64,000 nucleotides of DNA, taken from Rhodosorus marinus CCMP1338 (lineage: Eukaryota > Plantae > Rhodophyta). Below the pieces are notes generated by a model. The model was not told the DNA's origin. It was given only the letters and a program-made list of their open reading frames with translations, and did no database searches. The translations under genes were made by a program, and so were the position numbers. Within the stretch, counting starts at the first letter, position 1; each line of letters opens with the position of its first letter. Of the stretch, positions 9,978-21,876 are shown in pieces. The stretch spans positions 2,604,001 through 2,668,000 of the forward strand of contig JAMWBK010000003.1 in NCBI GenBank assembly GCA_029953675.1, written 5' to 3'.

Positions 9978-11480
9978 AGACAAGTATCCAACTTCAAACC
10001 GCTCAAGGTTGCGAGGTGTTTCATCCGTCTACCTGTGATCGCCTTTCTTAGGCGGTCAGCGATCATGTGTTCTGTCGGGCAGTATTCTATCTTCAAGTTC
10101 CCCTGTTGGGTTTGATCCTTGAGCCATAGTTGCTTGATCTCCGAGTGTTTTGTTCTAGGAGTCACTCACTCGGTTTTTACCAACGCCAAGGCCCCACTAT
10201 TGTCCATTCCTATGCGGGGTGTCTGAGTCACTTCGCCCAAATCATTTAAGAGGTTGTATGCCCATATAGCGTCTCGACCTCCTTCATTCGCCGCGATCAG
10301 TTCCGCTTCGCAAGTTGACTGAGAAACGACGCTCTGTTTCTTAGATCCCCAGTTGATCAGATTTCCACCATACAAAGTTGCGTAGCCTGTCACCGATGTT
10401 CTGCCACGTTCGTTTCCGAAACTCGCGTCACTGTAAGTAACGACTTCAGGCGTCGAAACTTTACCATACTTGAGTTCTGCATTTGTCGTTGTACCAATGT
10501 ATCTGCACAGGTGCATGAGGTTCTTCCATGCTTGTTCTGTGGGTGATGCCACTGTTTGCGCTAAATACCTCACTTGCGAAGCTCAGATCTGGTCGAGTCA
10601 TAGTTGCCAAATATAGGGCCTTTCCTACCAGTGCTCGATACTGGTCCACCTGTTGAATTTCCTTTCCCTCATCCGCACCTGCCAGGTTTCCTGCGTCGAG
10701 GGGTGTACTAACATATCGGCCTACCCCCGCTCCGTTGTAGATTTGTTGAGCTAATCCTGGCTGGCTCAACTTCAGCACACCGCGTTCCCGGTCGTACCAT
10801 AATCTCACACCTAGCAGGTCTCTGACCTCACCCAGTTCCTTCACTGGGAATTGCGCCTTGATGAGCCCCATAACTCGATCAATGTCCTTGATAACCGGTG
10901 CTGCTACCAAGAGGTCGTCTACGTATACTGATATTCCTCCTCTGTACCACAACGGAGAGTAATAGTCGAAGACTGCTGGATCGGACTACTGGTGCATATA
11001 CCTCCATAAAGTCCACACCTGGCCTCTGGAGGAAACCCTTCACCACCAATCGCGCCTTTCGTTTGGTGAGTGTCCCCGAAGCATCTCTCTTCGTTGTGAA
11101 GACCCACTTTGTAGCCAAGGGTCTTCTTCCGTCCGGTAGTTCTGAGAACTGCCAGGTGCCCGATCGCTCAAGGACTTTCACTTCCTCATTCACCGCAGCT
11201 CTCCACACCTCCCCGTCAACTCCATTGGTGGCTGCTTGATATGTGCCTGGGTAGACCGCCTCTGCATTTAGGACTTCCGATTGATAGATGTGAGCCAATG
11301 AGGCTTCTTGATTGTCCTCTTGCTTCTTCTTGGCTCTACTCCCTGTTCCGATTGATAGATGTGAGCCAATGAGGCTTCTTGATTGTCCTCTTGCTTCTTC
11401 TTGGCTCTACTCCCTGTTCCGATGTCAGTTCTGCTTCTGCTGCACCGTCTTCTTCCTCCACTGGTCCATTTTCTATTTCT
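9890..11480 (-). pseudogene. Copia reverse transcriptase-RNase H, frameshifted; integrase and upstream parts missing
   Basis: WVFTTK, KRKARLVVKGFLQRPGVDF, VYVDDLL, TRPDLSFA, YSDASF, STCEAELIA, RTKHSEIK and HMIADRLRK. The post-integrase RRSKR..KPHWL linker is present. Confidence 0.92.
11275..11423. repeat. 71-bp perfect tandem duplication inside the copia INT-RT linker
   Basis: 11275-11345 equals 11346-11416. Confidence 0.9.
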
Positions 11481-12015
11481 ATCAGGTGAGAAAGGACAAC
11501 AGAAAATGACAGCGTACAGGAATGCTATTAGCCGACTTTCTGTCACTACTGGATAAGTCCTTTGGTTGCATACTGCGGTTCTTCAACGTTTCTCCCCACG
11601 TGAACTCAAATCTGTTTGTTGTACCATTCTTAAGGTGAAAAGGAGATGAAGGATTTTAGCATTGTTTGCATATGCACCCCTTCGATGTAGTTTTTTCGTA
11701 CTATTTAATGGGCATTTGACCTGCTCCAGAGAGAGCAGAAGGGTGGCATGGAAAAGCGTTAAAACGGGAACTCAAGTGAAATGGTACGCGTGTCGGTTCA
11801 TGTTCATCGTACCGTCAAGCTCCTAGCCTGGCAGCCATCGTGGAAGAGCAGAGATCTTTAAGAAGAGTCTGATAACCTCTCCAAGTGGTGCTTACAGGAC
11901 CGCGACTATTCTATTCACATCATGAGATCGAAGGAGGGTTTTCGTTGAGTCCGCGGGTGTGGCTTTGAACTGCGAACGCTGTTTCCGAGTGTTCGTGTGG
12001 TGGAGGCAGGAAAGG

Positions 12016-12900
12016 ATGGCAGATCGTGAGGTAGAAAAGGGGAGTTTGCTGCCATCTGCTGTCTCTGATGAGAGAGGGCAATGGGACGCGATCGACCCGG
12101 ATGACATTTTGCTATCGAATGAGTTGCTTGGGAAAGGGGCGTTCAGCGAGGTGGTTGCCGGTCTTTGGGGAGGTACACCCGTGGCAGTCAAGAAAACGGA
12201 GGAGACTGGCGTGGAAGAATTTCATCGCGAGCAGGAAACTTTATGTGCGCTGAGGCATCCCAACATAGTTTTGCTTCTTGGGGTCGTTCCCTCCCGCTTG
12301 TGGATTGTTTTCGAGAGGCTTGGTGGCAAGGTAGACGTGGAAATGGTTGCGAAGAATTTCTTGACAGTAACTACTGTGGCTTGTGACGTTGCAAAGGCTA
12401 TGGCGTACGCACACAGTCGAGGCGTAATCCACAGAGATATCAAGCCGTCGAACTTGCTAGAGGACGGAAGAGGTGCGTACAAAGTCTCGGATTGGGGACT
12501 GAGTCGATTTATCGACACTGAGCGCAGAATGTCCGGAGACACGGGCACGTATTCCTTCATGGCGCCGGAAGTGATAAAGTCAGAACGCTACGGATCTAAA
12601 TGCGACGTTTATTCTTATGGAATATTAATGTGGACATTGCTTACTGGAAAGACAGTACCCTATCCCGTCTTCACACCGGAACAAGCAGCCGATGGAGTTG
12701 CGAAGAATGTCCTCCGGCCGGAACTACCAACCCATGTCAACCCGGATTTCACAAAGCTCATGCAGTCTTGTTGGGACAATGAACCGTCGAGTCGACCGGA
12801 TTTCAGGGAAATTGCCACCAAAATAATTGCCATAGATGCGGAGTCGAAAATGAGGAAGAAGGAAAAGCTGCCGAAGAAAAAAAGCTCTTTCTGGGGGTAA
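12016..12900 (+). CDS. Tyrosine-kinase-like (Raf/MAPKKK-like) protein kinase, intronless
   Basis: GKGAFSEV, VAVKK, LRHPNIVLL, HRDIKPSNLL, SDWGLSR, GTYSFMAPE, CDVYSYG, CWDNEPSSRPDF. Confidence 0.9.
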   Translation: MADREVEKGSLLPSAVSDERGQWDAIDPDDILLSNELLGKGAFSEVVAGLWGGTPVAVKKTEETGVEEFHREQETLCALRHPNIVLLLGVVPSRLWIVFERLGGKVDVEMVAKNFLTVTTVACDVAKAMAYAHSRGVIHRDIKPSNLLEDGRGAYKVSDWGLSRFIDTERRMSGDTGTYSFMAPEVIKSERYGSKCDVYSYGILMWTLLTGKTVPYPVFTPEQAADGVAKNVLRPELPTHVNPDFTKLMQSCWDNEPSSRPDFREIATKIIAIDAESKMRKKEKLPKKKSSFWG

Positions 12901-13309
12901 GCCGTGTAGAACACTTTGAATGCAACAACTGCTTGCGGGTTTTCACTACAACTTGAGATATCGGGAAACCGTGCGCGCGCGTGGGGTGGCGGGCTGGGTG
13001 GGTAGTGGGAGAGCACCTTTTATTATTTCTAGTTGCTTCCCATCCCACAGCTGTAAATGATCTCGGTCACGGTCCAATTGTATCCATGTGCATGATGCTG
13101 GCACGAGGAACGATTTAAACCAGAGAGCTGAGTTCTAGAGAGAAACGGATTGAGGGCGCTGTCAGTCACTCCAACACTTCTTAATCTGTGCATCAACCAT
13201 CTAGAGAAGCAGTTCATCCGAGAGAGTGAGGAAAACATCAGTCTTGAAAGCTGGTTCGGTAATCGGCAGTGTCTACGCTCGCAAATAAAATATGTCGCCT
13301 GCCGGTAAA

Positions 13310-13868
13310 CAGGCAGTGAGAAAGTGCTTGCGCACGTGCCTGTTCACGCGAAAACCTACAGCGAAAAGAGCGGGCAAGGGTGCGAAATACCAGCTGGGGC
13401 AAGCTGATGGTGAAAGGACCAGAATTACCACTCTCATTCCACCAGCCAGGAGCCCGATCAAAATTGCACCTGCAGGAGACTAGCTGACGGTGAAAGGACC
13501 AGAATGACCGCGCTCATACCACTAGCCAGGAGCCCGATCAAAGCTTCCAAGCATCAGCGTTTTAAACCGGCGGCCGATCAATCCTTCCCAATTCAGTGGA
13601 ATCCAACGAGCGTTAGCTTGTAGGAATAAGCAGCTGGTAACAAAATCCGGGCACATATGCTTGTTGCGAAAATCCATAGCGACCAAAGCAGGCGAAGGCT
13701 GCGAAATACGAGCTGGAGGCAAGCTGACGGTGAAAGGACCAGAATCACCACGCTCATACCACTACCCGGGAGCCCGATCAAAATTTTCCAAGTATCAGTG
13801 TTTTGCACCGGAGGCCGATAAATCCTACCCCATCCCGTGGAATCCAACAAGCGTTAGCTTGTTGGAAT
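13310..13868. repeat. Degenerate tandem repeat, unit about 240 bp with an extra 80-bp sub-duplication (A-B-B-C-A-B-C)
   Basis: TGAAAGGACCAGAAT...GAGCCCGATCAAA begins at 13411, 13491 and 13731; GGAATCCAAC.AGCGTTAGCTTG occurs twice. Confidence 0.85.
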
Positions 13869-14316
13869 ATTGGAACCGTCCCCATTCTTTGTTATTTTCC
13901 TTTTCCTGTTTTGCAACTGTCAGTAAAAACGAGATAATCGCGACCAGTACAATTGTCTTTTCTGTTTCTCCGTTCAATGTCCTCCTATTTCGTTTGGAAT
14001 CCCCCCTACCATGACTCAACCGCGGGGTCTGACGCTAATCATTATTTGGTTATAATCCAAAACACTATATATCACAGCCCAAGTCCGTGGCCATCAAAAC
14101 AAAAACAAAAAACAAACACACACATACAACAACAGAATGTCGTTCACGAACCCCAGGCTCCCCCGTTCTCCCCACAATCACGCAGGAACGAAGCTGCCAA
14201 AAAATCAAAAAATCCAAATAACTTCCTTACTCCTCTTGGGCGGCCGTACAACAAGTGAAATCCTCAAAAAAAAGGATCGCTGACAGTCCCCATGAACGAA
14301 TAGAGATCTAGTAAAA

Positions 14317-14438
14317 ATAGTTCAAGAGCGGATTTTCTTCCAATTTGTTCAAAAACAATGAACCAGTGTTTCTATAACAGATAGTTCAAGTGCGGATTTT
14401 GTTCCAATTCGTTCAAAAACAATGAACCAATGTTTCTA
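14317..14438. repeat. 64-bp period tandem duplication in an AT-rich intergenic region
   Basis: atagttcaag.gcggatttt.ttccaatt.gttcaaaaacaatgaacca.tgtttcta at 14317 and 14381. Confidence 0.85.
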
Positions 14439-15348
14439 GCGTAGAACAACGTCCGCACTAAACTTTGGCTGAAAATATTCATTATTCAATTAGCTTTCGT
14501 AGATGTATTTTTAGAACCCGGATGGTTGAAAAAGTGACAAAATATATTGATGTATAGAGCAATAATATTCTAATATATAGTAATTATATTCTATGATTTA
14601 ATAACTTAGAGAAAACATAGTATATTAATGTCAAAAATATAGATATTATTTCTAAACGGGCGTTGACAGCCATTTATGCGGACAATCTGCAAGAGAGGTG
14701 CCAATGGTTATGCGTTTTCCTCCTTTACAGTTTTATTTCAGGAAAACCAAAAACCACTAACGATTGGTTTACATGTGGGCTGCCAATTGTTGACGAAACG
14801 TGGGTGACGCTTAAAATATCGTATTTATAGTATTTTGTTGTTATACATGAATGCTTTGTTTCTTCTGCAGATAATTGAGTATAAACTTCTTTAATATATA
14901 TTGAGTGGGTAGAAATATGGTAAACAATAAGGTATGTTTTGTATAGGAGTATCAAAAGATAAATATGTGTCTAAATGTCATATCCGTCTTTCATGGATTG
15001 TTGTTGGGCTCACTCTTGATGATCGATTTTCGAAGCCCTTGCAAAACGCCTACGGAATCGTTTTCGAGGTTCCACCTTTTCGCCTTTGTTTTTGGACTGC
15101 ATATCCTGGGTTGGGAGGAGGGGGGAATTGGCAGAGAAGAGCGGCCCCAACACCTACCGACAGTCAAGAAGTCAAAATTTGATGGGTACCGACATCCTTC
15201 TTGCGCGCAAGTATTTGTTGCCTATATATGTACCTGTTCGAGGACTACTCAGATGAAAAAGTTGGAAAATGGCCCTAGCAGGTACTCGAGCGAGACTTGG
15301 GAACGTAAGGGACACTAGAAAGGCGAATACAATTCATGAGCAGTGCAT

Positions 15349-15921
15349 ATGGATAACGTAGGACTGTATGATTCCCCGACTGGGTCGTTGGATTCACACT
15401 TTGACACGGATGATGGGGCCAACTCACTCAATGGCTATACTTTGAAGCGAGCGATAAGTCGGGAGATGGAGGCCTTCTGCTATATGAATGATGACCTGGA
15501 GAGTGGGCACTCCTGCAAGGGCGATTTTGAAGTGTTTTCGGCTGGTAAGACTTCAGCGTTGCCGTTGAAGAGGTTTGTCGAGAGGATGATGAAGTATATC
15601 TCCTGCTCCAATTCGGCATATGTTGTTGCCTTTTGCTACATTCACAGAATCATGGATCGCCAGAAAGACCTTAGAATCTGTCCTCATAATTCTGAGAATC
15701 TGCTGTTCGCGGCGACAGTGACTGCCGTAAAGTACTTGGAGGATCGTGTGCACACAAACGCGTTCTACGCGAAGGTTGGGGGCCTCAGCGGGTACACGGA
15801 AATGAATCGGCTTGAATTCCAGTTTTTGAAATTGATGAACTTCGACCTTGCCGTCCCCGCGGAGGAATACCGCACCATGGAGAGCTACCTTTGCGGCGTC
15901 GGCGCAAAAGAGCTCTATTAG
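15349..15921 (+). CDS. P/U-type (Pho80-like) cyclin
   Basis: FVERMMKYISCSNSAYVVAFCYIHR, KYLED...NAFYAKVGG, EMNRLEFQFLKLMNFDL. Confidence 0.9.
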   Translation: MDNVGLYDSPTGSLDSHFDTDDGANSLNGYTLKRAISREMEAFCYMNDDLESGHSCKGDFEVFSAGKTSALPLKRFVERMMKYISCSNSAYVVAFCYIHRIMDRQKDLRICPHNSENLLFAATVTAVKYLEDRVHTNAFYAKVGGLSGYTEMNRLEFQFLKLMNFDLAVPAEEYRTMESYLCGVGAKELY

Positions 15922-16939
15922 AGACCAAATGCTGATCGAGCATATCTACACATACTAGGATCAATAAAACTACATATTTATCTTCTGAACGAAGATGACG
16001 CGCTGTCTACCCACAACAAAGTGCCTAGCAACTACGTCAGCTTGCTTGACTGAGTTGAGCTGGTTTGCCTACTGCTGCGATTAAGATGAGTTCGGCTAGT
16101 AGCTGTGATGCTGCGATTGGTTGTCCTGCGATGTATATCGTTGTTGGTGTGCTGTTCAAGATCGGCAATATACTGGTCATGCTGCTTCATTGTACTTTCG
16201 TGCTTGAGTAACGACACTAGATGGCGACCACACTCATGCTCAATTTCTAGTGTTCAACTCAAAGACAAAACTAGGGCGTAAAATCATTATTTAGATAGAG
16301 GCTCTAATTATTTCCATTATACAAATAAGATTAGTCTGAACGTCCTCAAAATACTGCCAACAAAGTCTCAGGTTTTCATCTATCTACACCAATCCAAAAG
16401 GATCACCTTTTTTTTTTCCTAAAGATTCAAAAAAAAGAGGGCTTTCAGCTTTCAAGTTCACATTTCTCGACCCCCCCTCCAATCATATGACCACTATTGG
16501 GTGCCTAAATTATGTCTCCGTTGTCATTGTTTTTTTCGAAGAATAACAATCGGGCGGTAGCAATTCCTTTTTCTCGAATATTTTGGAAGGTGAATGAGGG
16601 GGCCCTGTGATCTCCGGAACGTTGTATTGGTGAAGAATTACTGAATGTTTGTTTTGGGAACATTGGACTGTTTTAGCGGGGCCCAATAAATTCTTTTAGT
16701 AAAGGATAAAAGCCTCAGATTGTGGTCATTAGCTTCTTCGAGAGCGGTTTTTGCTTTTTTCGGCAGTTTCGTGGATGCCAAAGAGACGCAGAGTTCCTCG
16801 CTGGGGAGGGAGGAGAGATGGAGCATGTCTTGAGACGATTGCGAAGGAGTTCCTTGTAGCGTTCTTCTTTTTGATTTTGCTTTATTCTAGGTGCAACATC
16901 CAAAGACAGATTGTTTGAGAAAATTGGAAGGAATTCACT

Positions 16940-18403
16940 ATGAATTTTGAGTTGGCTTTTGGGATTTCGTCCATAGGGACTGGGTCCAAGCCACGCGGGC
17001 TGACGGGCCGTACCAGGCATGGAAAGAGGGGGTTGGTGTCTATGAGTCAGAACAAGGCGCCTCATGCTGCGCCATTGAGCGAAGTTACGATGGATAACTT
17101 TAAGAGGAAGATCAACCTGCTCGGTTCAACGGGTTCTATCGGGACTCAAACTCTTGACATTGTGGAGGAGAGGCCAGAGAACTTTGAGGTTGAGGCGCTG
17201 GCCGCCGGATCCAATGTTGAGATGCTTGTGGAACAAGCTGTGAAGTTCAATGCTAAATTGGTTTGCGTCCGCGATGAGGCGAAGTATAGTGAATTGAAGG
17301 AGGCCCTCGAGAGCGCAGGATGGAAGGGTGATGTCGTAGCAGGGGAACAGGGAGTGGTAGAGGCGGCCAGGTATGGAGATGCGGATGTTGTCGTAACTGG
17401 CATTGTTGGTTGTGCTGGGCTTCTGCCAACAATTGCTGCTATTGAATCAGGAAAGGACATTGCACTAGCCAACAAGGAAACTCTAATCGCCGGCGGCCCC
17501 GTCGTTGTGCCTTTGCTGAAGAAGAACAATGTCAACATGACTCCAGCGGATTCGGAACATTCAGCCATCTTCCAGTGTCTGCAAGGCCGTCATGATGGAA
17601 CGCTCCTGAAAAAGATTCTTCTCACTGCCTCCGGCGGAGCTTTCCGGGACTGGAAGGCTGAAGATCTGAAGAACGTCACAGTGCAGGACGCATTGAAGCA
17701 CCCCAACTGGGACATGGGTGCCAAGATTACCATCGACTCGGCCACCTTGATGAACAAAGGATTGGAAGTAATCGAAGCACATTATCTTTTCGGTGTTGAT
17801 TATGATGACATTGAGGTCGTTGTCCACCCGCAGAGCATTATTCATTCCATGGTGGAGTTTGGAGATACATCAGTTATTGGCCAACTTGGTTGGCCGGACA
17901 TGAGACTCCCGATCGTCTACGCACTGTCATGGCCCTACAGATTGGACATGAAATACGACAGATTGGATCTTGTGAAGCTCGGGTCGCTCACTTTCCGTGA
18001 ACCGGACAGGAAGAAGTATCCAGCTCTGGATCTTTCTTATGCCGCAGGTATGACTGTTTCCCTTCTCTCAGCGACTCCCTTTGCTTCATTCGCATTTACA
18101 AAATGAGGCGTATCTCAGTAGTTTTCAGTCATCCTGACTTGCGTCTTTTGCGTTATCTCCGTGAATGAATTTACAGGCCGAGCTGCTGGTACGATGCCAT
18201 GTGTTCTGAACGCTGCGAACGAAGCTGCTGTTGAGCTATTCCGAGCGGAGAAGATTCATTATTTGGACATGCCCAAGGTGCTTGAATCAGTGATGGAGAG
18301 ACACAAGTCTGAATGGAAAGAAAACCCTACATTGGAGGACATTGTAGCTTTCGACAAGCTTGCCCGAGTTCATGCGAAAGAATTCATTGCCGTCCCTCTG
18401 TGA
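16940..18403 (+). CDS. dxr: 1-deoxy-D-xylulose 5-phosphate reductoisomerase, plastid-targeted; intron 18048-18176
   Basis: [70 protein letters not shown]. Confidence 0.97.
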
Positions 18404-18506
18404 CCCCTAACCTGACCACAGTTAACGTACATAAAGAATTTACTTGATGACTCAATTCAGTCGACAACTCATGGTTACCGAGCTTCACGTGTTGAGCATT
18501 GTTCAA

Positions 18507-18634
18507 CAATAGGTTTGGTGCTGTCCTGCATGCAGGGGTACCTGGAACCAACTACTCGATATACAACGCTTTCGACATGCATCCGAGGCAATAGGTTTGG
18601 TGCTGTCCTGCAAGCAGGGGTACCTTGAACCAAC
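18507..18634. repeat. Direct repeat of about 46 bp (two copies, 82-bp spacing) between the convergent dxr and hydrolase 3' ends
   Basis: caataggtttggtgctgtcctgca.gcaggggtacct.gaaccaac at 18507 and 18589. Confidence 0.85.
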
Positions 18635-18765
18635 GATTCGAGATAATCTGTGGAATGTACATGCCGGCCACTGCGAGCAGATGCGTGTGACAGTAGCTAG
18701 TCGCTTGAAGCTTACTAGCCTTTTCAGCCGAAGCCCCTTTTCCAGTGTCCTCGCATTGGGATACA

Positions 18766-19807
18766 TCAACTCTTTACCTCGTTCAGAACAGGAGCGAGTC
18801 TGCTGCACAGTGTTTCCGCCACCTCTTTCCACCTCCGAGTTAGCATGACGTCATGCGGAAACGCTTTCAGTATCTCTGGACTTGTGTTGAAAAACTTCCC
18901 TAGCTCCTCGATGCCTTCACTGTCAACAATGTAGTCGTTTTCCGCACCGAAAACGAAGACTTCGGTGGCATCGCTATCCATAGAAACAAGAGCAAGACGA
19001 CCTAAGCTGTTATTTCACGGCCAACGGAGGCGTTCTGTGCAACATGCGCAAGGAATCCTACCTGTTAAACCAAGACGCACGTCCAGTGGCCTTGTCGGTG
19101 AATTTGTCAGGGAGCTTTGCGTTTGCATCAATGAGATCAATGATTGAGTCCCGGTCTTCGTTAAAATGACGTATGGTTGTTTGGACTAGCTCCTCATCAT
19201 CGTCTGGAGTGAAGAATAACGCTCGTGCGAGATTCAGGTCGCTGGTCACCTTCTTCATGGCAAGCCCAACTACGATGTTCCATGATTCTCTTATTTGTAG
19301 CCGCTGAAGATATCGCTTGGTCATAGGAGAGTTCCCTGAAGGCGGTACAGAGCAGAAGAACGCTATTGCTTTCGCCTTAAGGCCGGCCTCCAAGTATTTC
19401 ATCATGACCAACCCGCCTATTGAATGGACCACAAAGATTGGTGGTCTGTCTGGGCTCAACTGCTGGACAACTTCTAGCATATCATCTACATGGTCTTGGA
19501 GCTTAGGAGTCTTCATCCGATCAGCGAGCGGAGATTTTGAAGTACCACGCAGGGAGATCGCGTGAGATCGGATTCCCTTTTCAGCGAAGAAAGACGAGAA
19601 GTTGTCCCAACACCATGCAGAGTGAAACGATCCGTGAACAAAGATCACGCAGTCCTTAGACCTCTCCCTTTCAAGAGCACTGCTCGGCGATCTGACCTCC
19701 AAACTCACACGTGTACCAAGATCCAATGACCTCGACAGAATCTCTATCCGACAGACGGACAACCCACGTCGGGTACATCTCGTACCAAGCGATGGTACAA
19801 ACGCCAT
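18766..19807 (-). CDS. Alpha/beta-fold hydrolase with MAFV transit peptide; intron 18974-19061
   Basis: FVHGSFHSAWCW, nucleophile elbow VHSIGG, GAEND acid region, FPHDVML histidine motif. Confidence 0.85.
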
Positions 19808-20505
19808 CCTATTACCTCTCAAGACTGCTCTTCAGCAGCCTGATCTGATCTAGCCCTCAAATTGCCGGGCTGTTATCAAGTGTATACTAAGAGCCTGAAA
19901 CCCCCCTCCACACGCTATCAATATCACCGATCTGCCGCGCAACAAACAGCGGTCTCAAGACTGGTAGGCACACCTTACTCACCACAGCCATGCTCATCTA
20001 GTCAATGCAAATCCAAAGGAATGGAAAGAGTCCCGACTGTTCCGAGTTGGCGAAATCGTTTTCAGGTAATGTCAGGTAGTTACGTACTCGTGGCGCTAGT
20101 CTGTAGGGAGGCAGCTTCGCAGCAAAGGTTACCGATCTGCTATGCTGGTGGGACATGTTAAGATCGTCGCGCGAGGCCGCGAGAGGCTTTGAAGAAGTGC
20201 TTCACGCTGAAGTATCAAGCATCGTGGACCGTAATCTTGTGTGATGGAGGTGGATAGAAGTTGATCTGGAGTGTTACAATTCTGTGGAAAGAAGCGAGGA
20301 CTGAACTGTGGAATCTAAGCAGCAGAGACGGCAACGCTGTGATGAACGCTCAGTGCCTGCGGACGTTAGTACACGAAGTCTGGGGAAAAGCTACGATTCT
20401 TTGATCCCGTGGTAGCATGGAAGTGTTTTGTACTCTCTCAGGATGCACGCTCGGCTTCTGGGGTGTAATGGAGATACTTAAAGAGTTCATACGTAAAAAA
20501 TATTA

Positions 20506-21876
20506 TTATGCGGATACGGAATACCACCAGCGTGTGCCTTCCTGCTTCCCAACCACGCACTTACGCGCCACCCTCTCGGCGGCAAAGTAGATCGGCGTAG
20601 GATCGTACCGATAGAACGTCGGGAAAGCTTCTCGAATCGCCTCAGTGGCCTTTCTCGCTTTGTAGTGAGGTATTCTGCTGCAGATGTGGTGGGCGACGTG
20701 GGTTGAACCAATCCGATGGTGGAGAAAATCGATTACTGACGGATACGGTCTATCGACTGTACAAAAGGCACCCTTAACCCACGTCCAGTTCTCGCTGTCG
20801 TAATGAGGTACATCCATATCAGTATGCTGAAGCCATGTATAGAGAACTAGCCAGAAGTTCACCACAAAATACGGCCCGACGTATAGAGCAAAGACCTACT
20901 CAACATACGAAGATCAGTCGTCATGAGATAGCTTCGCTCTAGTAGGGTCGTCTTGGTCATATAGATCGGCATGGGACATACCATCAGACTTCCAGCTACT
21001 TGGCCCCACCAAATGAGCCCAAGGATCGTCACGATTACTCCAACGTCGGAGACGAAAACCTTCTGCTTCCATTTTCCAGGGAAGAGCTGGTCATTGTTTG
21101 GATAGAAATGGCTTGATGGACCCCTCTCTGGACTTCCCGAAGCTCCCGTCAGGAGATACGCTGGCCACCCGAGGACAAAGTGATTGAAACAGTTCAAGAT
21201 CGCCCACGCGTCTTCTCCATACCTTCAGACCAAATACAAACGAGATAGACCGTCGATGCTTAGTTCATACAGTCAGCGCATGAAGCTTGCTGAATGTCCT
21301 AAATTGAAAGAGCTCGATAGAGCAGAGCAAAACTCACTCATTGTAAACCGCCAGGTACACGGACGCCGTTGGCGAACCTGTCAAATTCGGTACGTGGGTC
21401 TCGCCTAGAGTTAAATGATTTGTCTTTGCATGATGCACGGCGTGTGACCTCTGCCAAGAAAAGTATGGCACCAGCATCGAGGAATGGATCACAAAACCGA
21501 CCACGGTTTGGAGCATCTTATTGTCAGAGAACGCGTCATGGCCGCACTCATGACCCACAACCCATAGACCAGTGGCTAGGGTCCCTTGAACGGCAGCATA
21601 AAGAGCCCATAGAAAAATCGCGACTACTGACCAGGTTCCAGGGGTCGGCAGAAACTTCCACGCTGCGATCCCACAACCAACCACAAGGACGCAGGAAATC
21701 GCCAAGTAAAAACTGGACAGCCACGTATTCTTAACAAAACAATCCTCAGGAATCGCTCCGAGGAGCTCTCGAGCCTCCGGATACTCATCGTGATCGACGA
21801 ACGGCCTGCGATACTTTAGAATCCGCTTCTCCCTCTCGAACCGCTCCTTCGCGGTCTCATCCCTCACAGCCACCAT
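20506..21876 (-). CDS. FAD2: FAD2-like (delta-12/omega-6) fatty acid desaturase; introns 21223-21337 and 20896-20981
   Basis: Three His boxes HECGH, HAVHH and HVAHH; VPYFSWQRSH; TWLQHTD; TVDRPY. Confidence 0.92.
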
